Positions 1 to 9,769 of a stretch of 64,000 bases of DNA are shown here, piece after piece. The notes under the pieces are model-generated. The model worked only from the letters and a program-made list of their open reading frames with translations. It was not told the DNA's origin and ran no database searches. Within the stretch, counting starts at the first letter, position 1. The number at the start of each line of letters is the position of its first letter. The position numbers and the translations under genes are program-made. The DNA is from Spirochaetales bacterium (GTDB lineage Bacteria; Spirochaetota; Spirochaetia; JABEVK01), in contig JBAXAI010000015.1 of the NCBI GenBank assembly GCA_037142615.1, positions 1 through 64,000 on the forward strand. Reading direction: 5' to 3'.

Positions 1-655
1 AACCCCTGACCGGGCAACTGGCCGCCGCGCTGGGCACGGTCAACGAGGTGGAAGCTTCGCTGACGCCGGCGCTCGTTGCCTCGGAAATGGGGCTGCTCGA
101 AGCTGTTCCCTCACCCGATGGAAAGGTCCTGGCCGCAGTCTACGGCGTATCCTACCGGGTGGGTGATGCCATCGGCGGCCTCATCTACCTGTATCCGGTG
201 TTGTCTTCTGGGACTTGAGCACCCTCAAGCCTTCGGGAGCAACCCGGGTCAGCACGGACGTCTGGCAAGAGCTCCGCAATCTGGAACCCTACCGCGAAGT
301 CTACGGCGCAGCCGACAACTACAGCAAACTCGCCTGGAAGTCCGACGCCAGCGGTGTCTGGGTCTACCTTTCGAGTACCGACGACAACAAAGGGGTCACC
401 CACAGCAAGCAGGTCATTTTCGTCTCTGCCACAGGTGGCGCCTCGCCAGCCGCCACTGTTCCCGGGCGCCCCTTGCCTACCGCCAGCGGACCGGTTTCGC
501 TCACAGGAAAGGGCTATGCCCTCATTCAGAAAGAACTTGGTGTCACGGAACTCCAGGCCAAGAACGTGGATGGCTGGACGAGCTTCGGAGCTCAGCCCCA
601 GGTTGACGTGGCAACTTGGGGAGCCACGAGCGGCGAAAACTGGGGCTTTTTCTAG
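1..655 (+). pseudogene. 3' part of a hypothetical (probably exported) protein gene, with a frameshift near 205-212
   Basis: Frame 3 is open from the window edge (PLTGQLAAALGTVNEVE...GLIYLYPVL) to TGA at 216-218. Frame 2 continues FWDLSTLKPSG...ENWGFF to TAG at 655 with similar codon style. Could be a sequencing error. Confidence 0.5.
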
Positions 656-1215
656 CCTGCTTTTGGCTTCGACGAACTCTCTACTCCAACGAGGGCCAGC
701 AACTTCTGCACTGTGGCCCAGTTGCGCAGGGTGACGGCCTTACCCGCCGTTTTGTCCAGGGCTTTAGCGGCCTTCGACTCGATGACGCCGTTGGCGCACC
801 AAAGATAGAGGGCCAGCGGACCGAAGGCCAAGGCTTCAGGCCCCCAATCCCGCTCAGCTAAGTCAGCCAGGGGCACCAAAGCGTCCGGCCTGGCAACGAA
901 ACCGACCATGCCTTGGGCCGGATCGACAAAGCGGTCAGCAAGCGGATTCTGGGCTGCGATCAAGGCCAATTCCGTGGCCGTCACGACCATGACCGCCACC
1001 GAAAAACCAAAATGGGAGGTGATTACGGTCTCGAGCGAAGCGGCAAGGTCGGCCGGAGCCTGAGGCTGGCCCCTAAAAACCGCGTTGCCGCTGTTGAGGA
1101 GCGTCCGCACGTCCGAAAAACCCAAGCCAGCGATCAGGTCGCGCAGCTCGGCCATCGGGACGCGCTTGGCCTTGCCCACGTTGATGCCCCTCAGCAGAGC
1201 AAGGTAGGTCGTCAA
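652..1215 (-). CDS. DUF1697 family protein
   Basis: N-terminal YLALLRGINVG...VPMAELR...VRTLLNSGNAVF and C-terminal TLRNWATVQKL signatures. TTG start overlaps the upstream stop (TTGA). Confidence 0.85.
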   Translation of the reverse strand: MTTYLALLRGINVGKAKRVPMAELRDLIAGLGFSDVRTLLNSGNAVFRGQPQAPADLAASLETVITSHFGFSVAVMVVTATELALIAAQNPLADRFVDPAQGMVGFVARPDALVPLADLAERDWGPEALAFGPLALYLWCANGVIESKAAKALDKTAGKAVTLRNWATVQKLLALVGVESSSKPKAG

Positions 1216-1604
1216 CGGGCTGAACTCGGGTTGCAGATCGCTTTGGCGATCCACGCGGCAAGAACGGCCTCAAGGACACTCAGCGGCACGGCGAACCACA
1301 GCAGGCCGTACGGGAGCACCCCCAAGTTTCCGATGGTGAGCCACATCAGAACAAAGGCCATCACCCAGGCGACGGCGACCGTTTCCCAGAACTTGAGTCG
1401 AGAAACCAGGAACACCACGCAGGCAGCAAAGACGAAGCTCCAGAGGCCCCAGACGGCATTGTTGGCCATCGACGACGGAAAGCCAATTCCGAGGCCAGCG
1501 TAGTGCGCGAGCCAAAAAGACTTGAACAGAAGTTCGTTTCGCGCAAACTCGGACGCGCCGATCCACGCGCCCGAAGCCAGCACAGCAAGCAATGTACGGG
1601 TCAT
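1212..1604 (-). CDS. Hypothetical membrane protein (about 4 TM)
   Basis: 130-aa hydrophobic ORF with GGAGG RBS upstream. Confidence 0.75.
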   Translation of the reverse strand: MTRTLLAVLASGAWIGASEFARNELLFKSFWLAHYAGLGIGFPSSMANNAVWGLWSFVFAACVVFLVSRLKFWETVAVAWVMAFVLMWLTIGNLGVLPYGLLWFAVPLSVLEAVLAAWIAKAICNPSSAR

Positions 1605-1619
1605 AAAGCCTCCTTCACC

Positions 1620-1974
1620 TCAGGCGCCCAGTTCCAAGACGATCATATTGGAGTAGTCGTTCTCAATCTTCCAACCATCGAGCAGTGCGCTCACCTGACC
1701 CCGATGGTGCGTCTGGTGGTTGAAGAAATGCACCAACGCGAACGCGGCCTCGCGCTCCAGCAACCCCGCCCCGTTTCTGCGAGAGACGGTCTTGGTGAGC
1801 AGCCGGTCGTCCACTTGTTCCATGTACCGGCACAAGAAGCTGTCCGAGCGAAGGGAAGTGGTAGCCGTCGAGAGGCTTGTCGAACGGCGCTTCGACCTGG
1901 GCCTCGAGGAGGTCGAGCATCAATTGGTTGATCTTTCGGTTACAGCGGGCGTAGTAGACAAAGAGTTCTTTCAT
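1620..1974 (-). pseudogene. DinB/YfiT family gene with internal deletion and frameshift
   Basis: MKELFVYYARCN...FPSLGQLL joins out of frame near 1835 to CRYMEQVDD...HFFNHQTHHRGQVSALL. About 50 aa are missing relative to the intact DinB at 55922-56440. Confidence 0.8.
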
Positions 1975-2021
1975 GGTCCAGTAATCTTGACGCATTGTGG
2001 GCCAAAAGCCAACACTGGGTC

Positions 2022-2387
2022 ATGGCTTCGCTCTTTCCCAAAGAAATCCAGCGCTTGGGCACCACCGAACGTTGGTCCGATGCGGTGATCCACAATGGCG
2101 TCGTTCACGTGGTCGAGGTTCCAAGCACGCTTCCCGCCGGAGCAGCGGCCCAGGCTACCGAAGTTTTGTCGCTTCTCGAGGCCACGCTCCTGCGTGCCGG
2201 TTCGTCCAAGGACCGTTTGCTGATGTGCACGATCTACCTCGCCGATATGGCCGACAGGGCCGCTTTCAACGCGGTGTGGGACAACTGGCTCGTGCCTGGT
2301 ACGGCGCCCGTGCGGGCCTGCGTGCAGGTGGGGCTGGCCGAACCCGACTACAGGGTCGAGATCCACGCGGTGGCGGCGATCAACTGA
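2022..2387 (+). CDS. RidA/YjgF family protein (YoaB/Rid2-like)
   Basis: RWSDAVIHNG, TIYLADM, FNAVWDNW, PVRACV, RVEI motifs. Confidence 0.85.
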   Translation: MASLFPKEIQRLGTTERWSDAVIHNGVVHVVEVPSTLPAGAAAQATEVLSLLEATLLRAGSSKDRLLMCTIYLADMADRAAFNAVWDNWLVPGTAPVRACVQVGLAEPDYRVEIHAVAAIN

Positions 2388-2820
2388 AGAACAGCAGGTA
2401 CGCCGACAGCGCCAGGCCGAACGCCGTAAGGAACGCTCCAATCATCACCGCAAGCGTCTGGGAGTAGCCTTTGGGGGTGATGGCCCCCGAGAGGTCCTGC
2501 TGTCGCATGATGGGGTAAAGCCGCCAATAAAAAGTGGCCACCGTGACGATCAAGGCCACCACCGCGAAGAGCTGGGTCGCGAGGTTCCCGACGATCAAAA
2601 TGACCACCAGCAGCGCCAGAAAAATGAGCTTGGTGCCGGCGACCCAGTTCACCAGGTAGCGCACCAAGGCGTTCACCTCAGGGTCGGCCTTCGACTTTTC
2701 CCACGCGTTGAACATACCGATGCTGTTGCCCTTATCGCTGGTAGGCCAAAAGTAGAGAATCACGACGTTGAGCGCCTCCAGGACGACAAACGCCAGAATT
2801 ACGCCGGTGAGAAGGTTCAT
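2380..2820 (-). CDS. Hypothetical membrane protein
   Basis: 146-aa ORF with four hydrophobic segments. Confidence 0.75.
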   Translation of the reverse strand: MNLLTGVILAFVVLEALNVVILYFWPTSDKGNSIGMFNAWEKSKADPEVNALVRYLVNWVAGTKLIFLALLVVILIVGNLATQLFAVVALIVTVATFYWRLYPIMRQQDLSGAITPKGYSQTLAVMIGAFLTAFGLALSAYLLFFS

Positions 2821-2840
2821 GGTGACGTGCTACCCCGTTC

Positions 2841-4187
2841 CTACTGGCCCCGGACGTAGTTCTTCATGTTGTTGCGGATGAAGCCCACCAGCTCGGCCAT
2901 GGGCACACGTTCCTGTTTCATGCTGTCGCGGTAGCGGATGGTGACGGTGTTGTCTTCCTTGGTGGTGTGGTCGACGGTGACGCAGTACGGGGTGCCGATC
3001 TCGTCCTGGCGGCGGTAGTTTTTGCCGATGTTGCCGGTGGGTTCCAACATGGTCGCAAAGTCTTCCCGCAGCGAGAGTTCCAGCTTCTGGGCGATCTCAA
3101 GCAGGCCGTCTTTTTTCACCACGGGCATGACGGCCACCTTGACGGGGGCCAGGTTGGGGTGAAAGTGCAGCACAGTCCGCACGTCGCCTTCGCCGAGGGT
3201 TTCTTCCTCGTAGGCGTCGGTGAGGACCATGAGCACGCTGCGGGTCAGGCCAGCGCTGGTCTCGATCACGTAGGGCAGGTAGCGTTCCTGCGTTTCCTGG
3301 TCGAGGTATTCCTGCTTGTCACCGCTGAACTCTTGGTGGCGGCGCAGGTCGTAGTCGCTGCGGCTGTGGATGCCTTCCAACTCCTGCCAGCCCATGGGGA
3401 AGAGGAACTCGATGTCGAAGGCGTTGATGGCGTAGTGGGCCAGCTCGTCCTTGCCGTGCTGGTGGAAGCGCAGGTGCGCGGGGTCGATGCCGAGCTTGCT
3501 GTAGTAGTCGATGCGGCTCTGCTTCCAGTACTCGAACCACTTAGGTTCTTCCTTGGGATGGATAAAGAACTGCATTTCCATCTGCTCGAACTCGGCGGTG
3601 CGGAAAATAAACGCCTTGGTGACGATTTCGTTGCGGAAGGCCTTGCCCACCTGAGCGATGCCAAAAGGCACCTTGACGCGGCTGGAGCTCACCACGTTCT
3701 TGAAGTTGACGAAAATGCCCTGCGCGGTCTCGGGGCGCAAATAAATGGTGCTGGCGGTTTCTTCGACGGGGCCGATGTGCGTGGTGAACATCAGGTTGAA
3801 CTTGCGCGGCTCGCCGAGGGTGTCTTTTTTGCCGCAGGTGGGGCAAGCGCCCTTGATGTCGATGTGGTCGGCGCGGAAGCGGCCCCGGCAGCCTTTGCAT
3901 TCCACCAGCGGGTCGGTGAAGTTTTCGACATGGCCCGACGCATGCCACACCTTGGAGTGCATCAGGATGGCGGCATCAAGCCCGACGATGTTGTCGTGCA
4001 TCTGCGTCATTTCTTTCCACCAGACGCCCTGGATGTTCTTTTTGAGCTCGACACCCAACGGACCGTAGTCCCAGGCGCCGCTCTGGCCGCCGTAGATTTC
4101 ACTGGACTGGAAGACAAACCCCCGCCTTTTGGAAAGACTCACCAGCTTGTCGAGGGTAACGGATGCTTTTTCAGACTTGTCGGCCAT
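2841..4187 (-). CDS. glyQS: Glycine--tRNA ligase (alpha2 type)
   Basis: KRRGFVFQSSEIYGG, YLRPETAQGIF, GKAFRNE, EFEQMEMQ motifs plus anticodon-binding domain. GGAG RBS before ATG 4187. Confidence 0.97.
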   Translation of the reverse strand: MADKSEKASVTLDKLVSLSKRRGFVFQSSEIYGGQSGAWDYGPLGVELKKNIQGVWWKEMTQMHDNIVGLDAAILMHSKVWHASGHVENFTDPLVECKGCRGRFRADHIDIKGACPTCGKKDTLGEPRKFNLMFTTHIGPVEETASTIYLRPETAQGIFVNFKNVVSSSRVKVPFGIAQVGKAFRNEIVTKAFIFRTAEFEQMEMQFFIHPKEEPKWFEYWKQSRIDYYSKLGIDPAHLRFHQHGKDELAHYAINAFDIEFLFPMGWQELEGIHSRSDYDLRRHQEFSGDKQEYLDQETQERYLPYVIETSAGLTRSVLMVLTDAYEEETLGEGDVRTVLHFHPNLAPVKVAVMPVVKKDGLLEIAQKLELSLREDFATMLEPTGNIGKNYRRQDEIGTPYCVTVDHTTKEDNTVTIRYRDSMKQERVPMAELVGFIRNNMKNYVRGQ

Positions 4188-4260
4188 GAAGGACTCTCCC
4201 GGAGGGTTGGAATGGGGAAAAGCGTAGCAGAAAAACGGCACCTCTGTCGAGCTTGGGGAC

Positions 4261-5766
4261 CTAGGTGGCAGGGAACTCCAGCACGACACGCGTGCCATTC
4301 TTCCGCTCGATGTGGAGCTTGCCGCGCAGCTGCTGGGCCATGAGCGAAGCCAGCTGCATGCCAAAACCCGTGGAGTGGTCAAAGTCGACGTCGGTCGCCA
4401 TGCCGACGCCATCGTCGGCAACCGAGAGTTTCAGACCGCTACCTGAACGGCGCAACTCGACGGCCAACTTTCCCGACGAACGGCCCGCGAAGGCGTACTT
4501 CATGGCATTGGTGATCAGTTCATTGAGGAGGATGGCCAGAGGCTGCAGCTGTGCGGATGGGAGGGACACCTCGTCACAGGCTGTCGTGTAGGTCACCTCC
4601 GCCCGGCGGGCAAAGTTTTCCAGGATGTGACTGACAAGATCGCTGAGGTAGGGTCCGACGGCCAGGCTGCCATAAGTGTCGGAACGGTAAAGCTTGTCGT
4701 AGAGGAGCATCATGCTCTCGAGACGGGACTGGGCGTCAGCCAGGGCCGCCGCGGCGGGTGTTCCGTTCAGTTCCTGCGCCTGCAAGTACAGCATCGCCTG
4801 CACGGCCGCCATGTTGTTCTTGATCCGGTGGTGAACCTCTTTCAGAATGACAGCCTTCTCGGCGTCTCGGGCGGCAAGCTGAGCGTTGAGGTGCCGAAGC
4901 TGGTTGATCCAAACCGCCGCCACGCAGGCCACCACCAAAAAGCCGAGCGCCAACCAAAGGAAGGGCCAGTAGTCGAAGCCCTGCTGCACCCGGATGGAAA
5001 CGTGGCGGTTGACCGCTTGCTGCACCTCTTGGGGCGTGATGGTCGCCACCCCGCGGTTAAGGAGGTCGCGAAGCCTGGGCTGCTGTTTGACCACGCCGAG
5101 GCGGAATTGATTGGTGAACGACGGGATCTGACCGGCAATCTTGAGGTTGAACAGCCCTTCCTTCTTGATCGTGTAGGCAGCCATCGTCAGCGACCGCAGT
5201 GTCATGTCGGCCTGACGTTCGGAAACCAGGCGGACGGCTTCGGGCTCGCTCTTCGTGAGAATGACGCGGAGATTGGGGTACTCGGATCTCAGCCGTTCCT
5301 CGATGCTGGTTCCGGAAGGGAGGGCCACCGTCTCGCCAGTCAACCGGGCGGGATCCGAGATGTATTCGTGCTCCTCGCGGGTGATGAACACGTTGGGGTC
5401 GGTGAAGTAGGGCTCGGTGAACACCAGCCACTCTTCGCGCTTGCGGGTCTGGTTGAGAAAGCTCAGCACCAGGCTTCGGCCGCTTTGCGACGAGGCAATG
5501 GATTCGTCCCAGTCCTTGGTGACCACCAGTTGCAGCGTCACGCCGGACCGCTCGGCGATCAGTTTGACCAAGTCTGCCGCGATACCTTCGTGAGTCCCGC
5601 CAGGGCTAATCGTCTCGTAGGGTTCCCAGTCGGGGTCCACTGACAGGGTTACGGGTCCTAACGAATCGAGGTAGGCCCGGTCGTCGGCGGTGAGCAGCAG
5701 AGGATCGGCCGCCAAGGCCCCGCGGGATGCGAACACAAGGAAGACTGCTACCAGCCAGTAACGCAT
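4261..5766 (-). CDS. Sensor histidine kinase with periplasmic solute-binding domain (HisKA_2 type)
   Basis: Signal peptide, VDPDWEPYE PBP domain, one TM, EVHHRIKNN H-box, NELITNAMKYAF, DDGVG and GFGM boxes. Confidence 0.9.
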   Translation of the reverse strand: MRYWLVAVFLVFASRGALAADPLLLTADDRAYLDSLGPVTLSVDPDWEPYETISPGGTHEGIAADLVKLIAERSGVTLQLVVTKDWDESIASSQSGRSLVLSFLNQTRKREEWLVFTEPYFTDPNVFITREEHEYISDPARLTGETVALPSGTSIEERLRSEYPNLRVILTKSEPEAVRLVSERQADMTLRSLTMAAYTIKKEGLFNLKIAGQIPSFTNQFRLGVVKQQPRLRDLLNRGVATITPQEVQQAVNRHVSIRVQQGFDYWPFLWLALGFLVVACVAAVWINQLRHLNAQLAARDAEKAVILKEVHHRIKNNMAAVQAMLYLQAQELNGTPAAAALADAQSRLESMMLLYDKLYRSDTYGSLAVGPYLSDLVSHILENFARRAEVTYTTACDEVSLPSAQLQPLAILLNELITNAMKYAFAGRSSGKLAVELRRSGSGLKLSVADDGVGMATDVDFDHSTGFGMQLASLMAQQLRGKLHIERKNGTRVVLEFPAT

Positions 5767-5877
5767 CGAGCAAGTCTAGTTCACGGGTCCATCGCATGCC
5801 CGTATTTTTTGTCGGCCGAGCGAAGTCGGCGTATACTGGGGGCGGTGGTGCCCCTGCTTCACCCACAAGGAGAACGT

Positions 5878-6453
5878 GTGAACAAGACAACAGCGAAGAA
5901 ATGGCTACTGACGGCTGCGATGGCGATGGCGATCGCGGCCTTGGGATGGGCCCAGGAAGAGGCGGCGGGACCGAGCGCGCTGGGAAGCAGTCGCGCCGAC
6001 CTGTTGGCCGAAATCGGCAAGCCCCTCGACGAGATCAAGGACAAGGCGACCCTCAAGGGCCTGTTTGACAGCATTCTCGTGACCACCGATCCGGAGCAGG
6101 AACAGCCGACCGCCGTGCTGTACTTTCTCAATAAGGGCGTTTCGACCATTTTCGCGGTGATGACCTACTACACGCCCGCCCAGGCCAAGAAGCTTCCGGC
6201 CGACAAGGAAGACCTCGACACGACGGTGACCGACAACGGCTTTGAACTGCAGGACCTGCCCGATATGCCCGATGGCACGGCGATCTACTACAATTCCGAT
6301 TCCGAAGAGTACATCTTCCTCGCCGATGATGATGCCAACGGAAAGGTCAAGGTCCTCTTCCTGGCCTACACCGCCGACACCGAGTGGTTCAGCCCGATGG
6401 CCAAGGTAGTGTCCGACGTCATCATCAAAGTTCAGAAAGACCTGAAGTTGTAG
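5878..6453 (+). CDS. Hypothetical exported acidic protein
   Basis: AAGGAG RBS, GTG start, Sec signal peptide (KKWLLTAAMAMAIAALGWA). Confidence 0.75.
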   Translation: MNKTTAKKWLLTAAMAMAIAALGWAQEEAAGPSALGSSRADLLAEIGKPLDEIKDKATLKGLFDSILVTTDPEQEQPTAVLYFLNKGVSTIFAVMTYYTPAQAKKLPADKEDLDTTVTDNGFELQDLPDMPDGTAIYYNSDSEEYIFLADDDANGKVKVLFLAYTADTEWFSPMAKVVSDVIIKVQKDLKL

Positions 6454-6462
6454 GAGACCGCC

Positions 6463-7137
6463 ATGAAACACACCATCGAACACGCGCCCGTTTTCACCAC
6501 CCTCACCCTGCACCTGAGCCGGGGAGAGCGTTTCAAGGCCGAACCAGGGGCCATGGTCTCGATGAGCCCCACCATCGAATTGCAGGCCAAGACCAGCGGC
6601 AAGGGCCTTTTGGGCACGCTGGCGGCAGCGGTGGGCGGCGAATCCCTCTTCGGCTCGCTGTTCATCGCCAATGGCGACGGTGAGGTCGTGCTGGCACCCG
6701 GGGTGCCGGGCGACGTCGCGCACCTTTCGCTCACCGGCAACACCGTACTGGCACAAGGTGGAGCCTACTTGGCAGGAGCAGAAGACCTTACGCTCTCGAC
6801 CCAAGGATCTCTTCGAAGCTGGATTGGCGGCCAGGGCCTGTTCTTGAGCAAGATCACCGGCACCGGCGACCTGTTTCTCAACTGCTACGGAGCGCTGACG
6901 GTGAAGACACTGGCGGCCGGCGAGACCTACGTCATCGACTCGGGCCACATCGTCGCCTTTGATGAGTCGCTGGGCTACAAGGTCCGTGCCGCGTCGGCAG
7001 GGCTGTTCAGCACGCTGGCCAGCGGCGAGGGCCTGGTGGTCGAGGCGACGGGGCCCGGCCGGGTGTGGATGCAAACCCGCAACCTGCGAAGCTTCGCGCA
7101 GCTGCTGTCGCCCTTTATCGCTCGGCCGACGAACTAG
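6463..7137 (+). CDS. TIGR00266/AIM24 family protein
   Basis: AEPGAMVSMS, GGESLF, IDSGHIVAF, GEGLV, GPGRVWMQTR motifs. Confidence 0.92.
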   Translation: MKHTIEHAPVFTTLTLHLSRGERFKAEPGAMVSMSPTIELQAKTSGKGLLGTLAAAVGGESLFGSLFIANGDGEVVLAPGVPGDVAHLSLTGNTVLAQGGAYLAGAEDLTLSTQGSLRSWIGGQGLFLSKITGTGDLFLNCYGALTVKTLAAGETYVIDSGHIVAFDESLGYKVRAASAGLFSTLASGEGLVVEATGPGRVWMQTRNLRSFAQLLSPFIARPTN

Positions 7138-7144
7138 GGGCCCG

Positions 7145-8593
7145 TCAGCCGCGGAGAAAGGCCAGGGCGGCCTTGATCCGCGACTGACTTTCGGCGCCAC
7201 CGAGCAGGTGCAGCACCCCGAACATGGGGGGGCTCACCTTGCCCCCGCAGACGGCCACGCGCACGGGTTGCATCACATCGCCGAGCTTGAAGCCCAGTTC
7301 CTCGCCGCGAGTGCGGAAGCGTTGCTCGTTGGTCTCGTCGTCACGGGCTTCCACGCCCTCGAGCAACGGCAAAGCAGCCTCAAGCAGGGCAACGGCTGCC
7401 GCCTCGTCGAGCTTTTTCGGCACGAAGTCCTCGCGTACCCAGGCGGTGGGCGCGTGGTGCACGAACTTGAGCGCCTCGGAGGCGTCTTTCAGGAACTTCA
7501 AGCGCTCCTGAACCAGCGGCAGGTAGCCGTCGAGCTCGTCGTCGGTGAAGTCGGGCAGTTGCGGAGCCAGCACGGCTTTGAGCTCACCGATCGAGAGTTC
7601 GCGTATTGAGTGTCCATTGAAGTGCTCAAGCTTCTTGTAGTCGAACACCGCGGGACTCTTGCTCAGCTTGCTCAGCGTGAAAACGTCCTCAAGTTCTTTC
7701 AGGGTAAAGAACTCCCGGCTGTCATCGTAGCTCCAGCCCAGCAGCGCGAGGTAGTTCACCAAGCCCGCAGGCGTATAGCCGTCTTCGCGGAACTGGCGCA
7801 CGCTGGTGGCACCGTGCCGCTTGCTCAGTTTCTGCCCGTCCTGGCCCAGAATGAGCGGCAGGTGGACGTAACGCGGAGCCTGCCAGCCAAAGGCCGCAAA
7901 CAGCTGCACATGCAAGGGCGCGCTCGGTAGCCACTCCTGAGCGCGAAGCACGTGGCTGGTCTCCATCAGGTGATCATCGACGACGTGAGCCAAGTGGTAG
8001 GTCGGGTAGCCGTCGCTCTTGAGGAGCACCGGGTCCACCGGGAGGTCTGCATTCGCCTTGGCGACGCGGCCAAGAATCTCGTCCTCAACCACGGTTTCGC
8101 CATCGGGCTTCTGGTGGAAGCGGATCACGGGCTCGCGGTCGTCGTAGGCGGCGCGGGAACGTTGCACCTCGCGCTCCGAGTCGCTCAGGTGAGCGCAGCG
8201 GCGGTCGTAGCCCAAGGGCTGTTTGGCCTTTTCCTGCTCCTGCCGGAGGGTATCCAGGCGCGCGGAGGTGCAGTAGCACTCGTAGGCGTGCCCGGAATCG
8301 ACCAACTGGCGGGCGTACTGCTTGTACAACTCCAGGCGTTTGGACTGCACATACGGACCAAAGGGCCCACCGAGGTCGGGCCCTTCGTCCCAGGTAATTC
8401 CTGCCCACCGAAGACTTTCGTACAGGTCGGCCTCGGCCTCGGCGTTGTACCGGCCCTGGTCGGTGTCTTCCAGGCGCAGAAAGAACTTCCCGCCCCTGGC
8501 CTTGGCAAACAGGTAGTTGAACAGCGCGGTGCGCAGGCCACCGATGTGTTGGAATCCCGTGGGGGATGGTGCGTAACGGACGCGGACATTCAT
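7145..8593 (-). CDS. gltX: Glutamate--tRNA ligase
   Basis: RYAPSPTGFQHIGG, LRLEDTD, CYC...YDRRC, KLSKR motifs and C-terminal anticodon domain. Confidence 0.97.
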   Translation of the reverse strand: MNVRVRYAPSPTGFQHIGGLRTALFNYLFAKARGGKFFLRLEDTDQGRYNAEAEADLYESLRWAGITWDEGPDLGGPFGPYVQSKRLELYKQYARQLVDSGHAYECYCTSARLDTLRQEQEKAKQPLGYDRRCAHLSDSEREVQRSRAAYDDREPVIRFHQKPDGETVVEDEILGRVAKANADLPVDPVLLKSDGYPTYHLAHVVDDHLMETSHVLRAQEWLPSAPLHVQLFAAFGWQAPRYVHLPLILGQDGQKLSKRHGATSVRQFREDGYTPAGLVNYLALLGWSYDDSREFFTLKELEDVFTLSKLSKSPAVFDYKKLEHFNGHSIRELSIGELKAVLAPQLPDFTDDELDGYLPLVQERLKFLKDASEALKFVHHAPTAWVREDFVPKKLDEAAAVALLEAALPLLEGVEARDDETNEQRFRTRGEELGFKLGDVMQPVRVAVCGGKVSPPMFGVLHLLGGAESQSRIKAALAFLRG

Positions 8594-8621
8594 GCCCCCA
8601 CTTTACACAACTTACCCTCGG

Positions 8622-9134
8622 TCAGGCAACGACAATGACCTTGTCGAGTTCAAGTGGCGTATCGGCAACCACCTGCACCCCGGTTTCCAGGTACTTCTTG
8701 TGGCCAGCGACCACGCCCTCGATCACCGAGGCGTTCATCTTCTTCATCATCAGAACGTTCATCAGGTCGAACAACGGGTTCTTCATCGTGTAGTCGAGCA
8801 CCGCTCGCAGAACGGTCGCATTGCCGTCGGAGCGCAAGTGGAAGTCCATCGACATCGTCGCGACCCCGGGCAGATTCGTCAGGCTCTGAACCTCGATTTT
8901 GACCCGCTCGCCAGGCGTCCATTCGGTCACCTTTTCTTCGGCAGTGGCGTTCATCATCGTGAAATCACAGTGCCTGGTGGCCCCGATGCCCGTTGTTTGG
9001 GCAGAGGTCAGGTGGGAGCTCTTGATGCCCGGGTGGGCATGGCAGATGTCTCCCACTTGGGCCAGCGCCTCCCAAGCCTTGTCTTGGGGAACCGCGATCA
9101 GAATCTCGCGGGTCATCGTCGTGTGTTTGCCCAT
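8622..9134 (-). CDS. SRPBCC (polyketide cyclase-like) family protein
   Basis: WEALAQVGDI...HPGIKSS...GIGATRHCDF...EEKVTEW pattern; AAGGAGG RBS. Confidence 0.8.
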   Translation of the reverse strand: MGKHTTMTREILIAVPQDKAWEALAQVGDICHAHPGIKSSHLTSAQTTGIGATRHCDFTMMNATAEEKVTEWTPGERVKIEVQSLTNLPGVATMSMDFHLRSDGNATVLRAVLDYTMKNPLFDLMNVLMMKKMNASVIEGVVAGHKKYLETGVQVVADTPLELDKVIVVA

Positions 9135-9146
9135 AGGGCCTCCTTG

Positions 9147-9734
9147 TCAAAAGGCCTTGAGCAGCCGTTTGAGCGTGTTTTGTATCGACTCGGGCGAGGC
9201 CCCAGCCTTAATCATCGTTCGCAGGCCACTGAGGGCCACGTGAAAAAAAGCGGCCAGATCGGCCGGGGATTCTGCGGGGTCGAGATCCCCTTCTGCCTGA
9301 GCTCGCACCACGGCCTCGACGAGGACCGAACTGACGGCCTCCAGGCCCTGCGAAAGCACCGTACCGGGAATGGTCTGCACGGAACCGAACTCCGTGACGC
9401 TGTTCACGATCAGGCAACTGCGGTCACCCTCGGGGTTCCCAGCGGTGGAGGCCACCGACGTGAGCAACTGCTCCAAGAAGACGCGCCCCGTGGGGGCCGA
9501 AGCCAAGCCTTCCCTCAGATTGCCTAACAGGGCGTCGGCGTACCGAGCCAGGCAAAGGCGGAACACCTCGTCTTTCGCGCCGAAGCTCTGATAGAGGCTG
9601 CTGCGCGAAAGCTCCATGACGGCCAAGAGCTCGGCGAGGGAACTTCCCTCGTAGCCTCGTTCCCAGAACAGGTTCATGGCGGCCTCGAGAGCCCGGTCGG
9701 AGTCGAAGGTCTTGGGGCGTCCGCGCTCTGGCAT
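9147..9734 (-). CDS. TetR family regulator (NemR/ComR-like)
   Basis: GRPKTFD...ALEAAMNLFWERGYEGSSL...SRSSLYQSFGAKDE HTH; SCLIVN motif. Confidence 0.92.
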   Translation of the reverse strand: MPERGRPKTFDSDRALEAAMNLFWERGYEGSSLAELLAVMELSRSSLYQSFGAKDEVFRLCLARYADALLGNLREGLASAPTGRVFLEQLLTSVASTAGNPEGDRSCLIVNSVTEFGSVQTIPGTVLSQGLEAVSSVLVEAVVRAQAEGDLDPAESPADLAAFFHVALSGLRTMIKAGASPESIQNTLKRLLKAF

Positions 9735-9740
9735 CGGGGT

Positions 9741-9769
9741 AATTTAGGACCGTTTGGTCCAGAAGTCAA
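9741..9769 (-). promoter_or_regulatory. sigma70 promoter of tetR with palindromic operator in the spacer
   Basis: TTGACT-17-TAAATT, 6 nt before the ATG. The spacer contains GGACCAAACGGTCC. Confidence 0.75.
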
